From assembly GCF_009914755.1 (NCBI RefSeq), contig NC_060933.1: a stretch of DNA of 64,000 bases, one strand, 5' to 3'. The notes beneath the pieces were generated by a model. That model had not been told where the DNA came from. It saw nothing but the letters and a program-made list of their open reading frames with translations, and did no database searches. The position numbers and the translations under genes are program-made. Source of the DNA: the human T2T-CHM13v2.0 reference genome, Homo sapiens. Shown here piece by piece: positions 31,715 to 45,669 of the stretch. The first letter of the stretch is position 1; each line of letters starts with the position of its first letter.

Positions 31715-33331
31715 TTTCTTTTTTTTTTTTTTTTTAATTGATCATTCTTGGGTGTTTCTCGCAGAGGGGGATTTGGCAGGGTCATAGGACAATAGTGGAG
31801 GGAAGGTCAGCAGACAAACAAGTGAACAAAGGTCTCTGGTTTTCCTAGGCAGAGGACCCTGCGGCCTTCCGCAGTGTTTGTGTCCCTGGGTACTTGAGAT
31901 TAGGGAGTGGTGATGACTCTTAACGAGCATGCTGCCTTCAAGCATCTGTTTAACAAAGCACATCTTGCACCGCCCTTAATCCATTTAACCCTGAGTGGAC
32001 ACAGCGCGTTTCAGAGAGCACAGGGTTGGGGGTAAGGTCACAGATCAACAGGATCCCAAGGCAGAAGAATTTTTCTTAGTACAGAACAAAATGAAAAGTC
32101 TCCCATGTCTACTTTCTACACAGACACAGCAACCATCCGATTTCTCAATCTTTTCCCCACCTTTCCCCCTTTTCTATTCCACAAAACCGCCATTGTCATC
32201 ATGGCCCGTTCTCAATGAGCTATTGGGTACACCTCCCAGATGCGGTGGTGGCCGGGCAGAGGGGCTCCTCACTTCCCAGTAGGGGCGGCCGGGCAGAGGC
32301 GCCCCTCACCTCCCGGACGGGGCGGCTGGCCGGGTGGGGGGCTGACCCCCCCACCTCCCTCCCGGACGGGGCGGCTGGCCTGGCGGGGGCTGACCCCCAC
32401 CTCCCTCCCGGACAGGGTGGCTGCCGGGCGGAGACGCTCCTCACTTCCCAGACGGGGTGGCTGCCGGGCGGAGGGGCTCCTCACTTCTCAGATGGGGCGG
32501 CTGCTGGGCGGAGGGGCTCCTCACTTCTCAGATGGGGCGGTTGCCGGGCGGAGGGTCTCCTCACTTCTCAGACGGGGCGGCCGGGCAGAGACGCTCCTCA
32601 CCTCCCAGACGGGGTTGCGGCCGGGCAGAGGTGCTCCTCACATCCCAGACGGGGCGGCAGGGCAGAGGCGCTCCCCACATCTCAGACGATGGGCGGCCGG
32701 GCAGAGATGCTCCTCACTTCCTAGATGGGATGGCGGTCGGGAAGAGGCGCTCCTCACTTCCTAGGTGGGATGGCGGCCGGGCAGAGACGCTCCTCACTTT
32801 CCAGACTGGGCAGCCAGGCAGAGGGGCTCCTCACATCCCAGACGATGGGCGGCCAGGCAGAGACGCTCCTCACTTCCCAGACAGGGTGGTGGCCGGGCAG
32901 AGGCTGCAATCTCGGCACTTTGGGGGGCCAAGGCAGGCAGCTGGTAGGTGGAGGTTGTAGCGAGCCGAGATCACGCCACTGCTCTCCAGCCTGGGCACCA
33001 TTGAGCACTGAGTGAACGAGACTCCGTCTGCAATCCCGGCACCTCGGGAGGCTGAGGGTGGCGGATCACTCGCGGCCAGGAGCTGGAGACCAGCCCCGCC
33101 AACACAGCAAAACCCCGTCTCCACCAAAAAAATACGAAAACCAGTCAGGCGTGGCGGCGCGCGCCTGCAATCACAGGCACTGGGCAGGCCGAGGCAGGAG
33201 AATCAGGCAGGGAGGCTGCAGTGAGCCGAGACGGCAGCAGCACAGTCCAGCCTCGGCTCGGCATCAGAGGGAGACCGTGGAAAGAGAGGGGAGAGGGGGA
33301 GAGGGGGAGAGGGGGAGGAGGGAGAGGGAGA
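31715..33331 (-). mobile_element. Full-length SVA retrotransposon (hexamer head, Alu-like region, GC-rich VNTR, SINE-R, polyA)
   Basis: On the + strand: polyT 31715-31735, SINE-R ~31736-32230, VNTR ~32250-32900 (gggcagagacgctcctcac units), Alu-like ~32900-33270, AG/G-rich head ~33283-33330. 13-bp TSD ATGCTGTTTCTTT at 31702-31714 and 33332-33344. Confidence 0.95.
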
Positions 33332-34460
33332 ATGCTGTTTCTTTAGGGAAATTGAGTGATTGTGGAAACTGTCTTTTCTCCCTTAAGAATCACTGTTCTA
33401 CTTTACAACCTTGTTTATAGCAAAAGGGGTAGAATAGCTGCATATCCCAAAGCTGGAGATTTTGGCAGAGTAAATTATGGTATAATAGTGTGACAGGTTA
33501 CTGTGCATTAAAAATACTAAGGTAGGATAATGGCCAAATAATATGAAAAGATACAATATTTTGTAGTTAGCAAAAAAAAATTTTTCTAAAATCTACACTC
33601 ATTTTATAAAAATAAATGGTTATAACCTAAAAAGTTTGGCATATGCGAACCAAATATTAGCCATAGTTATTATCTGAATGGTAAAATTCTTCTTTTTCCT
33701 TCCAGTATTATTGTTACAAAAAAGCAAAACAATTTTATTAAAATAAGAAAACAAAAAGGTTTTATTATACTAAGAAAGCCAAAAGTTAGATTTTTGTTTT
33801 TCCTTTTAAAATGCAGTAAGGTATATCATTGATTTTAGGTTATGTTTGGGAAAGAGATTTGGATTTTAGCATGAGGCGTTAATTCTCAGTATTTGTTTAG
33901 TGAATAAATTTAAGAAGTGCTGATATTTTACAGTATAGTTTTAAATAGAATTACTTCCAACAATGCCCAAATTGTGCCATGCCAGTCACCCCTTTTTCTC
34001 TTGAAGTTTTCAAAGAAATATAAACACAAGGAAGAGTGACAAGTGGAAAACAAGGTTTAATTTGTTAACTGGGAGCCACCAGCAGCACATTGGACTTGAA
34101 TATATGTCTGGGTTTAAAGGCCTTTCTCTTTGTAATGCTCCAGTCTTCCCCCAGCATGCCCCAGATACTCAGGATATTGCAGCATGCATTTGAGAGAGAA
34201 CAAAATGTCCTGGGTGCCTTTGTCAGCAGTGACCCTACTTACTACATGGTTCAAGTGGTATTCTGAAATCAGATTAGTGTTCAGTCTACTTGTGAAGTGG
34301 TCAGTATGAAGGAGAAGGCATGGACCTCCTCCTGTATACATAGTAATAATGACTCATAAAAGTTTATGACCAGCAAAATGATCTGATTGGTCCATGCATT
34401 TCAGAAAAATTAATCAGACACGGTTGTGCCAGTAGAAGTAAAGAGATAAAGGAAGATCAG

Positions 34461-35144
<684 letters not shown>

Positions 35145-36290
35145 ATCATTTAGGCTGTTATATTAGTCTTGGTAAGATGAAGCATGGGTCTGCCTTTGGG
35201 TGATGCACTAGAAGTGGAAAGGAAGAGACAGAATCCAGACTCTGCAGAAAGATCTCCAGATCAGTGATGATTCATGGTAGCTAGAATCAGAAACAAGGTG
35301 GTAAAACCTGCTGCCATTCACAAGAATAGAGAACTGTTGAGAAATGTTGGTGGAGGGAGGTGGGGAATGTGAGATTACAGTTTTTGTGAGTGTAGTATAA
35401 TTTACATACAATAAACATACACCTTATGTGTTCATTTTGATGAGTTTTGACAATTTCTTATATTTGTGTAAACACCAAAGAAAATATAAACATTTCTGTC
35501 ATCTCAGAAAGTTCCCTTATGCCCCTTTTCAGTTGATTTCCCTCCCACCCCCAGGTAACCATTTCGGTTTCTGTCACCATGGGCTTTTGCTCAACATAAT
35601 GTTTTTGAGATTTATTTGTGTTGTTTCATGTATTAGAGGTTCATTTGTATTGCTGGGTAGTATTCCATTAGATGGATATACCATAATTTATCACTTTTTC
35701 TGTAGATGGACATTTGAGGTTTCTAGTTGGGCTATTACACATGAGGGTATTAGGAATGGAATTGCTGGGTCATGGTAGTTAGGTATATATTTAACTTTCT
35801 GGGAAACTGCCATGTTCTTTACCAAAGTGGTTATATCATTTACACACCCATTAGCAACCATTGAGAGTTCCAGTAATTTCATATTCTCACCAACATTTGG
35901 TATTTTTATTTTAGCCAGTCTCATGTGTGTCAGTTTGTGTTTATAATTTGTGAGCTGTATATACTGTTTATTTTGCTGCTTGAAATGTCAGGGACTATAT
36001 ACCACTACAATTACAGGGTTTTATTGAAACGTGTACTACACTGCATAGACAGGAATATACAGACTTTTGCAAAATGCAGCAAACATTTTTAACATTTGTT
36101 ATTATGTGAAAAAAGTACAAAAGTGTTCAAAGAGATATACATTTCAAGTTGTAGCAGGTTGTGACAAAGTTTCTGAGGGCAAAGCATGTATAAAATTAAT
36201 AACATGTTAGTATATTTAAAATCATAACAAAAATCTTCTCTCTGGTCATGCTGACCATAACAAATTACTGTGTTGTAGTATACTTATAAC

Positions 36291-36819
36291 AAGGGTTAAC
36301 AAACTACCACCTCAGGGCCAGGTTCAGTTTGCCTCTCACTTTTGTTTATTCATTTTTGTTGTTGTTGTTATTGTTGTATAAGACAGGCTCTCTCTCTTAC
36401 TGCCCAGGCTGGAGCACAGTGGCACAGTCTTGGCTCACTGCAACCTCTACCTCCTGGGCTCAAGGGATCCTCTTGCTTCAGCCTCCCGAATAGCTAAGAC
36501 AGGTGTATGCCAGCACGCCCGGCTAATTTTTGTATTTTTGTAGAGATGAGATTTTGCCATGTTGCCCAGGCTGGTCTCAATCTCCTGGGCTCAAGTGGTT
36601 TACTCGCCTCGGCCTCCCAAAGTGCTAGGATTACAGGCATGAGCTACTGCGCCTGGCATGCGCTTGCTTTTATAAATAAAGTTTTGTTAGGACACAGCAG
36701 TGCTTGTTTATTTACATATTGTCTATGGCTGCTCTACAAGGGAAGAGTTGAATAACTGCAGCACTGAATGGCTTGCAAAGCCAAAAATTTTTACCTGACC
36801 CTTTATAGAAGAAGTTTGC
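36291..36819. mobile_element. MER58A-like hAT MITE interrupted by an antisense AluJ (~36352-36657)
   Basis: aaataaagttttgttaggacacagc...tttacatattgtctatggctgc...agaagtttgc MER58 motifs flank the Alu. Confidence 0.75.
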
Positions 36820-37216
36820 AAGATGGCAATAGTGCATAATCCTATTGCATTTTTGTTTTCTTCTGGAAATTAAGGGTGTTTTTCTTGGGATAAATGAATT
36901 AGCCAAAACACAAAACCAGTTGATCAAACAAAACAAAACAAAACAAAACAACCCACCTCTCTTATAACAGCAGTAATTTTCAGAACGTAACAACTGACAA
37001 TACTTTTGCCATTCATTCCATGTTCTTTTAAAGTCACCATCTGTGCACTGTTGCCGTAAGTACATTTATAAAAACTTGTCTGTTAAGCCATTTTACTAAC
37101 TACAGCCTCCTTAAGAGGATGTATTTGGTTGACTTGATCAGTTTGGCCACGAATAGTGTTACATGTGTTGCATTGGCAGGCTCTCTACATCAGTTACATT
37201 TATGTTTAACTCCTTA

Positions 37217-37564
<348 letters not shown>

Positions 37565-38039
37565 CTATTTTGAAAAGCTCTTTGCTTTTTTTCTCTTAGG
37601 GGATCATCCATAATGTTGCTGTGTTTTATTTTCAGAACCTTTTCAAATTTAATGTCATTCTGATAGGAACTTACTAAACTCATCATTATTAGAATTTCTG
37701 CATCACTTTTGCATGATGTGGCCTCCAGCAAGTCAAATGAATTTATTCCAAGTTCTTCAGCATATTTCCTTAAGGCCAAATATTTTAAGCAAATGATTCA
37801 CATGGAACTCCTCAATTTATTATCATTCTTGAAGGCATCAAAAATTGAGTGTGAATTTTCAAAATGACCTTCTTTTAAGGGCATTTTGCCCCTTCATTCT
37901 CTGATAATTCCATGATTAATGGATATGGGATGGCAAATTGACAAGAACTGGCCCAGTTATAGAGAGTACTTTCAGTTTTTTGTTATTTTTTACGTCCTGT
38001 GTACAGTTGAATTTCTAAATCTCGTCTCCTCTCTCTCTC

Positions 38040-38333
38040 TTTTTTTTAATTGAGACAGGTCTCGCTGTGTCGCCCAGGCTGGAGTGCAGTGCCACGATGT
38101 TGGCTCACTATAGCCTCTGCTTCACTGGCTCAAGCGATTCTCATGCCTCAGCCTTCCAAGTAGCTGGGATTACAGGCACCTGCCACCATGCCTGGCTAAT
38201 TTTTGTATTTGTAGTCAGAGACAGGGTTTCACCATGTTGCCAGGCTGGTCTCAAACTCCTGGCCTCAAGTGACCCACCTGTCTCAGCCTCTGAAAGTGCT
38301 GGGATTACAGGCATAAGCTACCATGCCCAGCCC
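38040..38333 (-). mobile_element. Alu (AluJ/S)
   Basis: Antisense dimeric Alu. Confidence 0.92.
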
Positions 38334-38554
38334 AAATCTCATATCTCTAATAACTGTATCCTTTTTCAGGTTGTCATCTCCGTAATCAGTGTGATATGAT
38401 TGATGTAACTGGTGTAAAATATTTTGAACGTTTCCATATTCCTCTCCATTCTCAATTTAATTTCCTAACCTTCGTAGTTGTCTTAAACCACAGTTTATCA
38501 TTCTTAGCATTTTTTAGAGCTTCTGTTGTTGTTTTATAGAATTCCTAAATTCAT

Positions 38555-39150
38555 CTGATTCTCTCTGGATTGTTTCCAGTTTTGGCTGTTAGGAATAAAG
38601 CTTCTGTAAACATTTGAGTTTAAGTCTTTTCATGCATTTATATGTTCAGTTCTCTTTGGTAAATACCTAGGAATGGAATCACTGGGTTGTATGGTAATTA
38701 TGTGTTTACTATTGTAAGAAACCACCAAACTGTTTACAAAGTGTTTGTACCATTTTGCATTGTATAGGAGTTCCAGTTGTTTCTTATCCTTTGCCAACAC
38801 TTCTTAATTTTAGCATTTTGTAGATATGTAGTGGAATCTCATTGTGGTTTTAATTTGCACTGCCCTGAGGGCTAGTAATGTTGACATCTTTTCAAGTGCT
38901 TATTTGCCATGTGTTATATCTTCCTTAATGAAACACCTCAATCATTTACACATTCCCACTTTAAAAAATTAATTGTCTTTCTCATTAATTTGGAGAGTTA
39001 TATATTCTGGATACAACTCCAACTTTATTATCAGATATGTTTTGTAGGCATTGTGTCCTGGCCTGTGACTTACCTTTTCATATTTTAAACAGTTTTTTGA
39101 ATAGTAAGATTTTTAAATTTTGATGAAGTGTCCAGCTTGTCGTTTATTTA
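38555..39150 (-). mobile_element. L1M fragment (similar fragment at ~35380-35930)
   Basis: aaatacctaggaatggaatcactgggttgtatggt and tctcattgtggttttaatttgc L1-antisense motifs. Confidence 0.75.
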
Positions 39151-40591
39151 TAATTCATATCTCATAGCGACCCCTCTTCTAACTCTTCAGCTCTCTGTTC
39201 AGCATATTCCTCACTAGCACTCTACCCTACAATTCTAGCTACCTTGCCCGCCCCAAAATTTGTGTGCGTGCTCTCTCACTCGCTCTCACTCTCACTCTCG
39301 CTCACTTCGCTCGCTCTCTCATTTTCTCACTCTCGCTTGCTCTCCCTCTCTCTCCCACTTTCTCAACTTTTGAAGATACCTCCAACGCGGAGCTCTAATT
39401 CAGTCTGGAAGCTGCCACCATGTAATTAGCTGCTGTAGTCATAGATCTCCCTTGGATTTTTTCCTTTTGTTGAAGAGCACCACAGTCCTGAGCTGCCATT
39501 AACTGTTAAGACTATGTTAATAACTAGAAGTAACATATGCCACTAAAGCTCTTTGAAAAGCAATTTGGCGACATCCTTGAAGGTATAAATAGTTTACTGT
39601 TTAAGAAGGAGCATAGGCTTTAAAGTTAGTTCAGATCCCACAACTATAAAATATTCATGGCCTTCGGAACATGATTACCCAAAAGGCTAGAGAAATTATT
39701 GGACAAGAGAAGAACATCACTTGCATTTTTCATCTTAAAACAGAGGTATCATGTTCTTTGGTAGTATACTGATTATGATGTATTCTTACCAAGGGGAATC
39801 AACTCTATTGTCTTAGCTATGAAGACACTGCATTGTTAAAGTAGAAGGTCATATTTCTGTGTTCCAGTTCTTTACTGTGTCAGCAAATGAAATTTAACAA
39901 GGGGAGAATATTAGAAATAACTGGGTGCTTGGTGTATTTTACAAAGGTTTGTTGACATTATTGACATTTGTTCCGTTTTAGTTAACTCATTATAGAAGAG
40001 GAAACAGTTTTTGTCCATTGGAAAAAGCAAAGGATATTTTCCCATAGCCTGTTTGAATCCCTTGGCATTTGGTGGTCTTGTTCATACTGAGTAGATTGCT
40101 TTGTGCATTCTTATGCCATTTGCCTCTAGGACAAATCCCAATTAAGTAACTACTCTTTTCCATTTGAAAACTGGCATATGGGCTTCATTCCAAAGCATCA
40201 ATTAAAGCAGCAGTTTTTCTACTGGGAGCACTTTACCTCCTCCTTTTGCGATTAGTTTGAGTATTTTCCTATAGGAAATCCATTCTTAATAGCACATTTT
40301 CCATCTTACAATAGAAGGGTCACCAGCTGCAGTTCTTTGCAGTAAGGATGGAGTATAATATGGAAGTGTATAGAGTGAAATGGGTTGCTTTTCTTCCATC
40401 TTTTTTCCCCCTTTACATTTGCTTTTGCTTGAGTGGTTGGTCCCTGAAGAGGCAGTAACTATGGGCATACATATGTGTATGTATGTCCCTGCAACATTTA
40501 AAGTGTGTAAATGAGAAGACCTTGCCTAAACCTGAATAAGAGTTTACATGATTAACCTAACTAAACCCTCTCTTTCCTTATGTTTCCACAG

Positions 40592-40705
40592 GAGTCTCCC
40601 CAGGACAGTGCTATCACCCGGGATATTAACCGAACATTCCCAGCCCATGACTACTTTAAGGACACAGGAGGAGATGGACAAGATTCCTTATATAAAATAT
40701 GCAAG
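40592..40705 (+). CDS. RABGAP1: RABGAP1 coding exon, TBC domain with arginine finger (ESPQDSAITRDINRTFPAHDYFKDTGGDGQDSLYKICK)
   Basis: Acceptor tttccacag|GAG, donor AAG|gtattt; 114 nt, phase 0/0; IxxDxxR motif (ITRDINR). Confidence 0.95.
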
Positions 40706-43298
40706 GTATTTCATGTCAAAAAAAAAAAGGACTCAATTCTGAGTGGTGGTTCTACTTTGAAATTACATAAGAAACAACTACAAAGTGTAATTTGTATTTG
40801 ATGTTCAAGAATTCCAAAAAGAGAAAAGACATTGCAAAGTCAAAGGTGAGAACACAATTTTAGATTCATTAAAGAGTAGAAAATAATAAGAAATAAAATG
40901 GTAGGGTTTCCTTTCCCCTTCTAATCAGGATTTTTAGATGACAGTTCCCTGGCTCCACATTTAGACTTTCAAAATTTGTTTTTATGTTAAGAACCTCTGA
41001 GCCCTGTGACACTGCAGACTCCTTTTCAGTATTCACTTTATAAGTGATGAACTTGGCACCTACGGTACGGTCTCACAGTGGGAAGTGTCATTGCCCATCC
41101 AGGTGTACTTATAGCACTGCAGCATAGTAAATGATGGAAGATTCTGATTTCTCTCAAAAGGTCTGTACCCGAACACTAAAGGAAGTAATAGCCTGTTCAA
41201 TTTCCGTATTCCATTTTCAAATAGATTTGGCACATTAGAGCTATTGGGTTATAAAAGGAGGAGATAGGAACGGAGTTTTTCAGTCTTCATCTGTTCTCAG
41301 AATTAGTCTTCAGTCTTTTCCTCCCAAAAGTAATCAAGTACTTATTTAGCATCTCCTATGTAGTAAGTACAGGTAAGGCATGAGACATGTCGCTAATGCT
41401 ATATGACAACTGGTTTTAGGACAGACTAGCAGTAAAGGATAGGCTCGCCAATGAAAAATTCGATGATTTAAACTACAAGGACAGTTGAGTTTAGAGAAAT
41501 ATTTTTTAGATTTCATTTTAACTTTTACATAGGATACAGATTTCTGTGGTAATCTTCCTTTCTGATCATCCTTTTTAGCCCCTTCTCAGTTTTATTTCCT
41601 GCTTAAGCAGTGACCCCTGCCATCTCTCACTTTACTACAGAATTTCCTAGAAAGAAACGCTATGTCCACTGCCTCTGGTCCCTCGTCACATACTTTTGAC
41701 TCCACTATATTCTAGTTCCTATTTCATGGTGCTCTTCCTTGCAGAGCTTTCTGCTCTTGAGCATAAGACATGTCACTCTCTTGGGTACGGGCTCCCTCTC
41801 ATGCCTTCACTGACTTCATCATTTTATCTCACACTACCTGCCCCTAAACCAGAGGCCTTCCTCTGGGTGCTCAGTTGGGTAGTTTGGCTAGCTCTACACC
41901 ATCTCCCTGGGTGATCCCTTCTACCCCCAAAGCTTCAGCTATCATCACTGTACAGATGTTCACAAATCTACATTAACTCAAGGTCTAAATTTCCAGCAGA
42001 CAATTAGTCTCCATGTAAAAGTCTGTCAATTGTATCAAACAGAATGGGTTTAAAAATACAGTTCATTTTAAAACATGGTTTATTATGAAAAATTTCAAAC
42101 GTAAACATTAATTAGTATAATGATTAGTCTAACTGATAAGTATAGTTAATATCCCCCACACTAATTATTTATCAATGTATTGTCACAGTTGCTTCATCTT
42201 TTTTTTCCTTTTTTCTAAAGTACTTTAAAACAAATCTTAGACATCATGATCCTAATTTTTTAATACTACATCTCTAAAAAATAAGTTTATCCATCTTTAC
42301 CAATTAATTAGTAGCTACTCCACATTCAAATATCCTTAATACGGCTAGTTAGAATCAAGAGCCAATAAGACCCACATTACATTAAGTTGTTGTCTCTTTT
42401 TAAATTAAACATAGTCCTCCTTTTCTCCCATACCATTGTCCTGCTGCAGACAATCATTTCTGTTGGTTTTCAGTCCTGTCTTTGTCTAGGTTGAGTTAGA
42501 TATGACTGATGTCTCTCTTAGCTTCATTCTCTCTCTTCACTGCCCTGGTACAGGCCAGTATCTTACATTGCTGGCAGTTTTACAAAAGCTGCTCTGCCTT
42601 TGGGTTCTGGCCTGTTGATTCTTTGCTCCTTGCCTAACGCAGAATTAGATCATTTCAGTGGCCTCCACAGAAACCTTTATAACTGCTACTTTATAACCCA
42701 TGGAATTAAATGAAAAGTCCTAGTTCATTTCCCTGGATTCCTTAGCTTAGTGTTGAAGATATTTTGTATTATATCCTGACTTAGCCCTTATTGCTGCTTC
42801 TCCAAATATTGTATGCATTAACTACATTGAACTTCTCACTGTGCTCTGGTTGATTCACTTGTCTAACTTCCCCACTGAACCGTGATGTCTTCAAGGGCAG
42901 GGATCATTTCTTAGATATGGTAGCATCTGTAGCACTTGGCACAGTGCTTGGTCTATAGTAGGTGTTCATTAAGTGTTGATGAATTAGTGAAATGTCTTTT
43001 CTTCCCCCAGATTTCGTTACAGCCAACATGAAACTTATACTCCAAACATTTTCCAAATGTATCATATAATTTCACACGTATATGATTCCTTTATCGTCCA
43101 TCAGCCTGAAAAATATGCTCCCCTCCATTTTCTACCTATAGAAATTCAGTACAGTTTCATCCTATTATTACTGCATAATTGGTGAAGCTCTGTGCTGAGC
43201 ATGTTAAATGAGAGGACTAAATGAGAAGAATACATCAACTCTGTGTTATTAATACTAGGCTTATTCTCTTATTACAAATAAAGTAAGTTACATGCTCA

Positions 43299-43760
<462 letters not shown>

Positions 43761-44701
43761 TTACTACTCATTTTTAACACAGTATTAATACTGGTAATAA
43801 CATTTGTTAATTGTTATTAATTTGATAGGAAAGTGGTGCCTCGTATTATAAACTGATCATTTCTAAAGCCCTTTTTGCACATCTTGTCTCTGGAAAAGTA
43901 TGTATGTTTCTCATCCTGTAGCCTTCTTATCAGATAAACTGTGAAGAAATGGGTGTGGTATAATAAGATTACATTGAATTCTACGAAAATTTATTAATGC
44001 GTGATCATAATGTATGTATTTTTAAAAGCTATAGTTTCACCAAAGCTAGTGATAAAACTTGGTTGCATATTAACTTGACTAGCATCTAATAAGTATTGGC
44101 ACTATATTTTGCCAAGAGTTATATATTCTAAACATACCCAATTCTAAGTTGCTTTCTTGGGACACAGAGCAACTTTGGCACAAAAAATAAGTGGAAAACA
44201 AAGGGAGTTTCACAAGAAATAAATTTGTCAAACAAGGAATAGCATGTTGAAGCTATAGGAATTTCCCTTTCTACCACATTTACATGAGAACTGCAAATAC
44301 CAGTCATAAAAACAGAACTCTGAAAAAGAACTAAAAAACCAAAGAGTAAACCATGAAGAATGTTAGATGTCAATATTCTATTCAAAATAATGTTCAGAGG
44401 AGATGGGTAGTAATCATTTGCTGCCAAGAAAAATAAAAATAAGAATTCCAGAGGAACCCACAAATGGTTTCAGAGTAATCTCACTTATCAGAAAAGTTAT
44501 TACTGGTGTTGTGGAAAGAATTATATTTTGGTGTCTTTGCCAAAAGAGCTTTTCCCAGAAAGAAAAATGAATAACATTAACAGTGTTTCGTGAGCGCATG
44601 CTGTATATGAGGTGCTGACTCAAGGTTGAATAGAACATCACCCTGTCCCTCACAAAGCCTACCATCTGGCAGAGAAGATGGACATGTAAAATGCAGTGTG
44701 G

Positions 44702-44830
44702 GGCTGGGCTTGGTGGCTCACGCCTGTAATCCTAGCAGTTTGTGAGGCTGAGGCAGTAGGATCACTTGAGCTTAGGAGTTTGAGACCAGCCTGGGCAACA
44801 TAGTGAGACCCTGTCTCTATTAAAAAAAAA
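44702..44830 (+). mobile_element. FLAM/left Alu monomer
   Basis: About 130-bp monomer ending in an A tail. Confidence 0.85.
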
Positions 44831-44843
44831 AAAATGCAGTGTG

Positions 44844-45140
44844 GGCCAGGCACACTGGCTCACACCTGTAATCCCAGTACTTTGGGAGTCCAAGGTAGGA
44901 GGATAGTCTGAGCCTAGGGGTTAGAGACCAGCCTGGGCAACGTAGTTGAGATCCCATCTCTATAAAAAATTTTTAAAAATTAGGCAGGCATGGTGGTGCA
45001 AGCCTGTGGTCCAGGCTACTCAGGAGGCTGATGGAGCAGGATCCCTTGAGCCCAGGAGGTTGACGCTGCAGTGAGCCATGATTGTACCACTGCACTCCAG
45101 CCTGAGCAACAGAGCAAGACCCTGTCTCTAAAAATAAAAT
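44844..45140 (+). mobile_element. AluJ
   Basis: Sense dimeric Alu with J-type motifs (gagcccaggaggttgacgctgcagtgagccatgat). Confidence 0.92.
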
Positions 45141-45594
45141 AAAATGCAATGTGGTAATAATATAATAATAACCATGCATGTATAGCAGGTGCCATAGAGG
45201 CAGAGAAGAGAGGAATTCATTCTGGGGGAATTGAAATAAGTTTGGTGCCTGAAGGAAGAGTGCATGTTTGAGGCAGAGAGGGAAAGGACATCCCAAGGAG
45301 AGGGAACATCATGAACAACAACAAGGAAATACGAAGTTTTTTTTAGCGCAGAAGTGGTTTTTCCTTAATCTTCCCTACTCCTTCGCCACAGGAAATGCAG
45401 TGGTGATAGCTGTATTCATTGTAAAGAAAAAGTTAAGATTGGAGAGAAGTATTGGCACCACTTACTGTCTGTCAAAATGCTGTCCCAGTGTGGGTAGCAT
45501 CCTCCAGGGTTCTGTATTCAAGGTCCTATAGTGCCACCATGGCCCACAAGTGGCTACATTCATTTACATTTCCTCTGTGTGTTTTATTTTCCAG

Positions 45595-45669
45595 GCTTAT
45601 TCTGTGTATGATGAAGAGATTGGTTATTGCCAGGGCCAGTCATTTCTTGCTGCTGTGCTCCTTCTCCAT
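45595..45669 (+). CDS. RABGAP1: RABGAP1 coding exon, TBC glutamine finger ([25 protein letters not shown])
   Basis: ttttccag|GCT ... CAT|gtgagt; 75 nt, phase 0/0; YxQ motif (GYCQG). Confidence 0.95.

Noticed and set aside
31995-33420. Many overlapping 70-174 aa ORFs
   Set aside because: By-products of the GC-rich SVA VNTR and Alu-like region.
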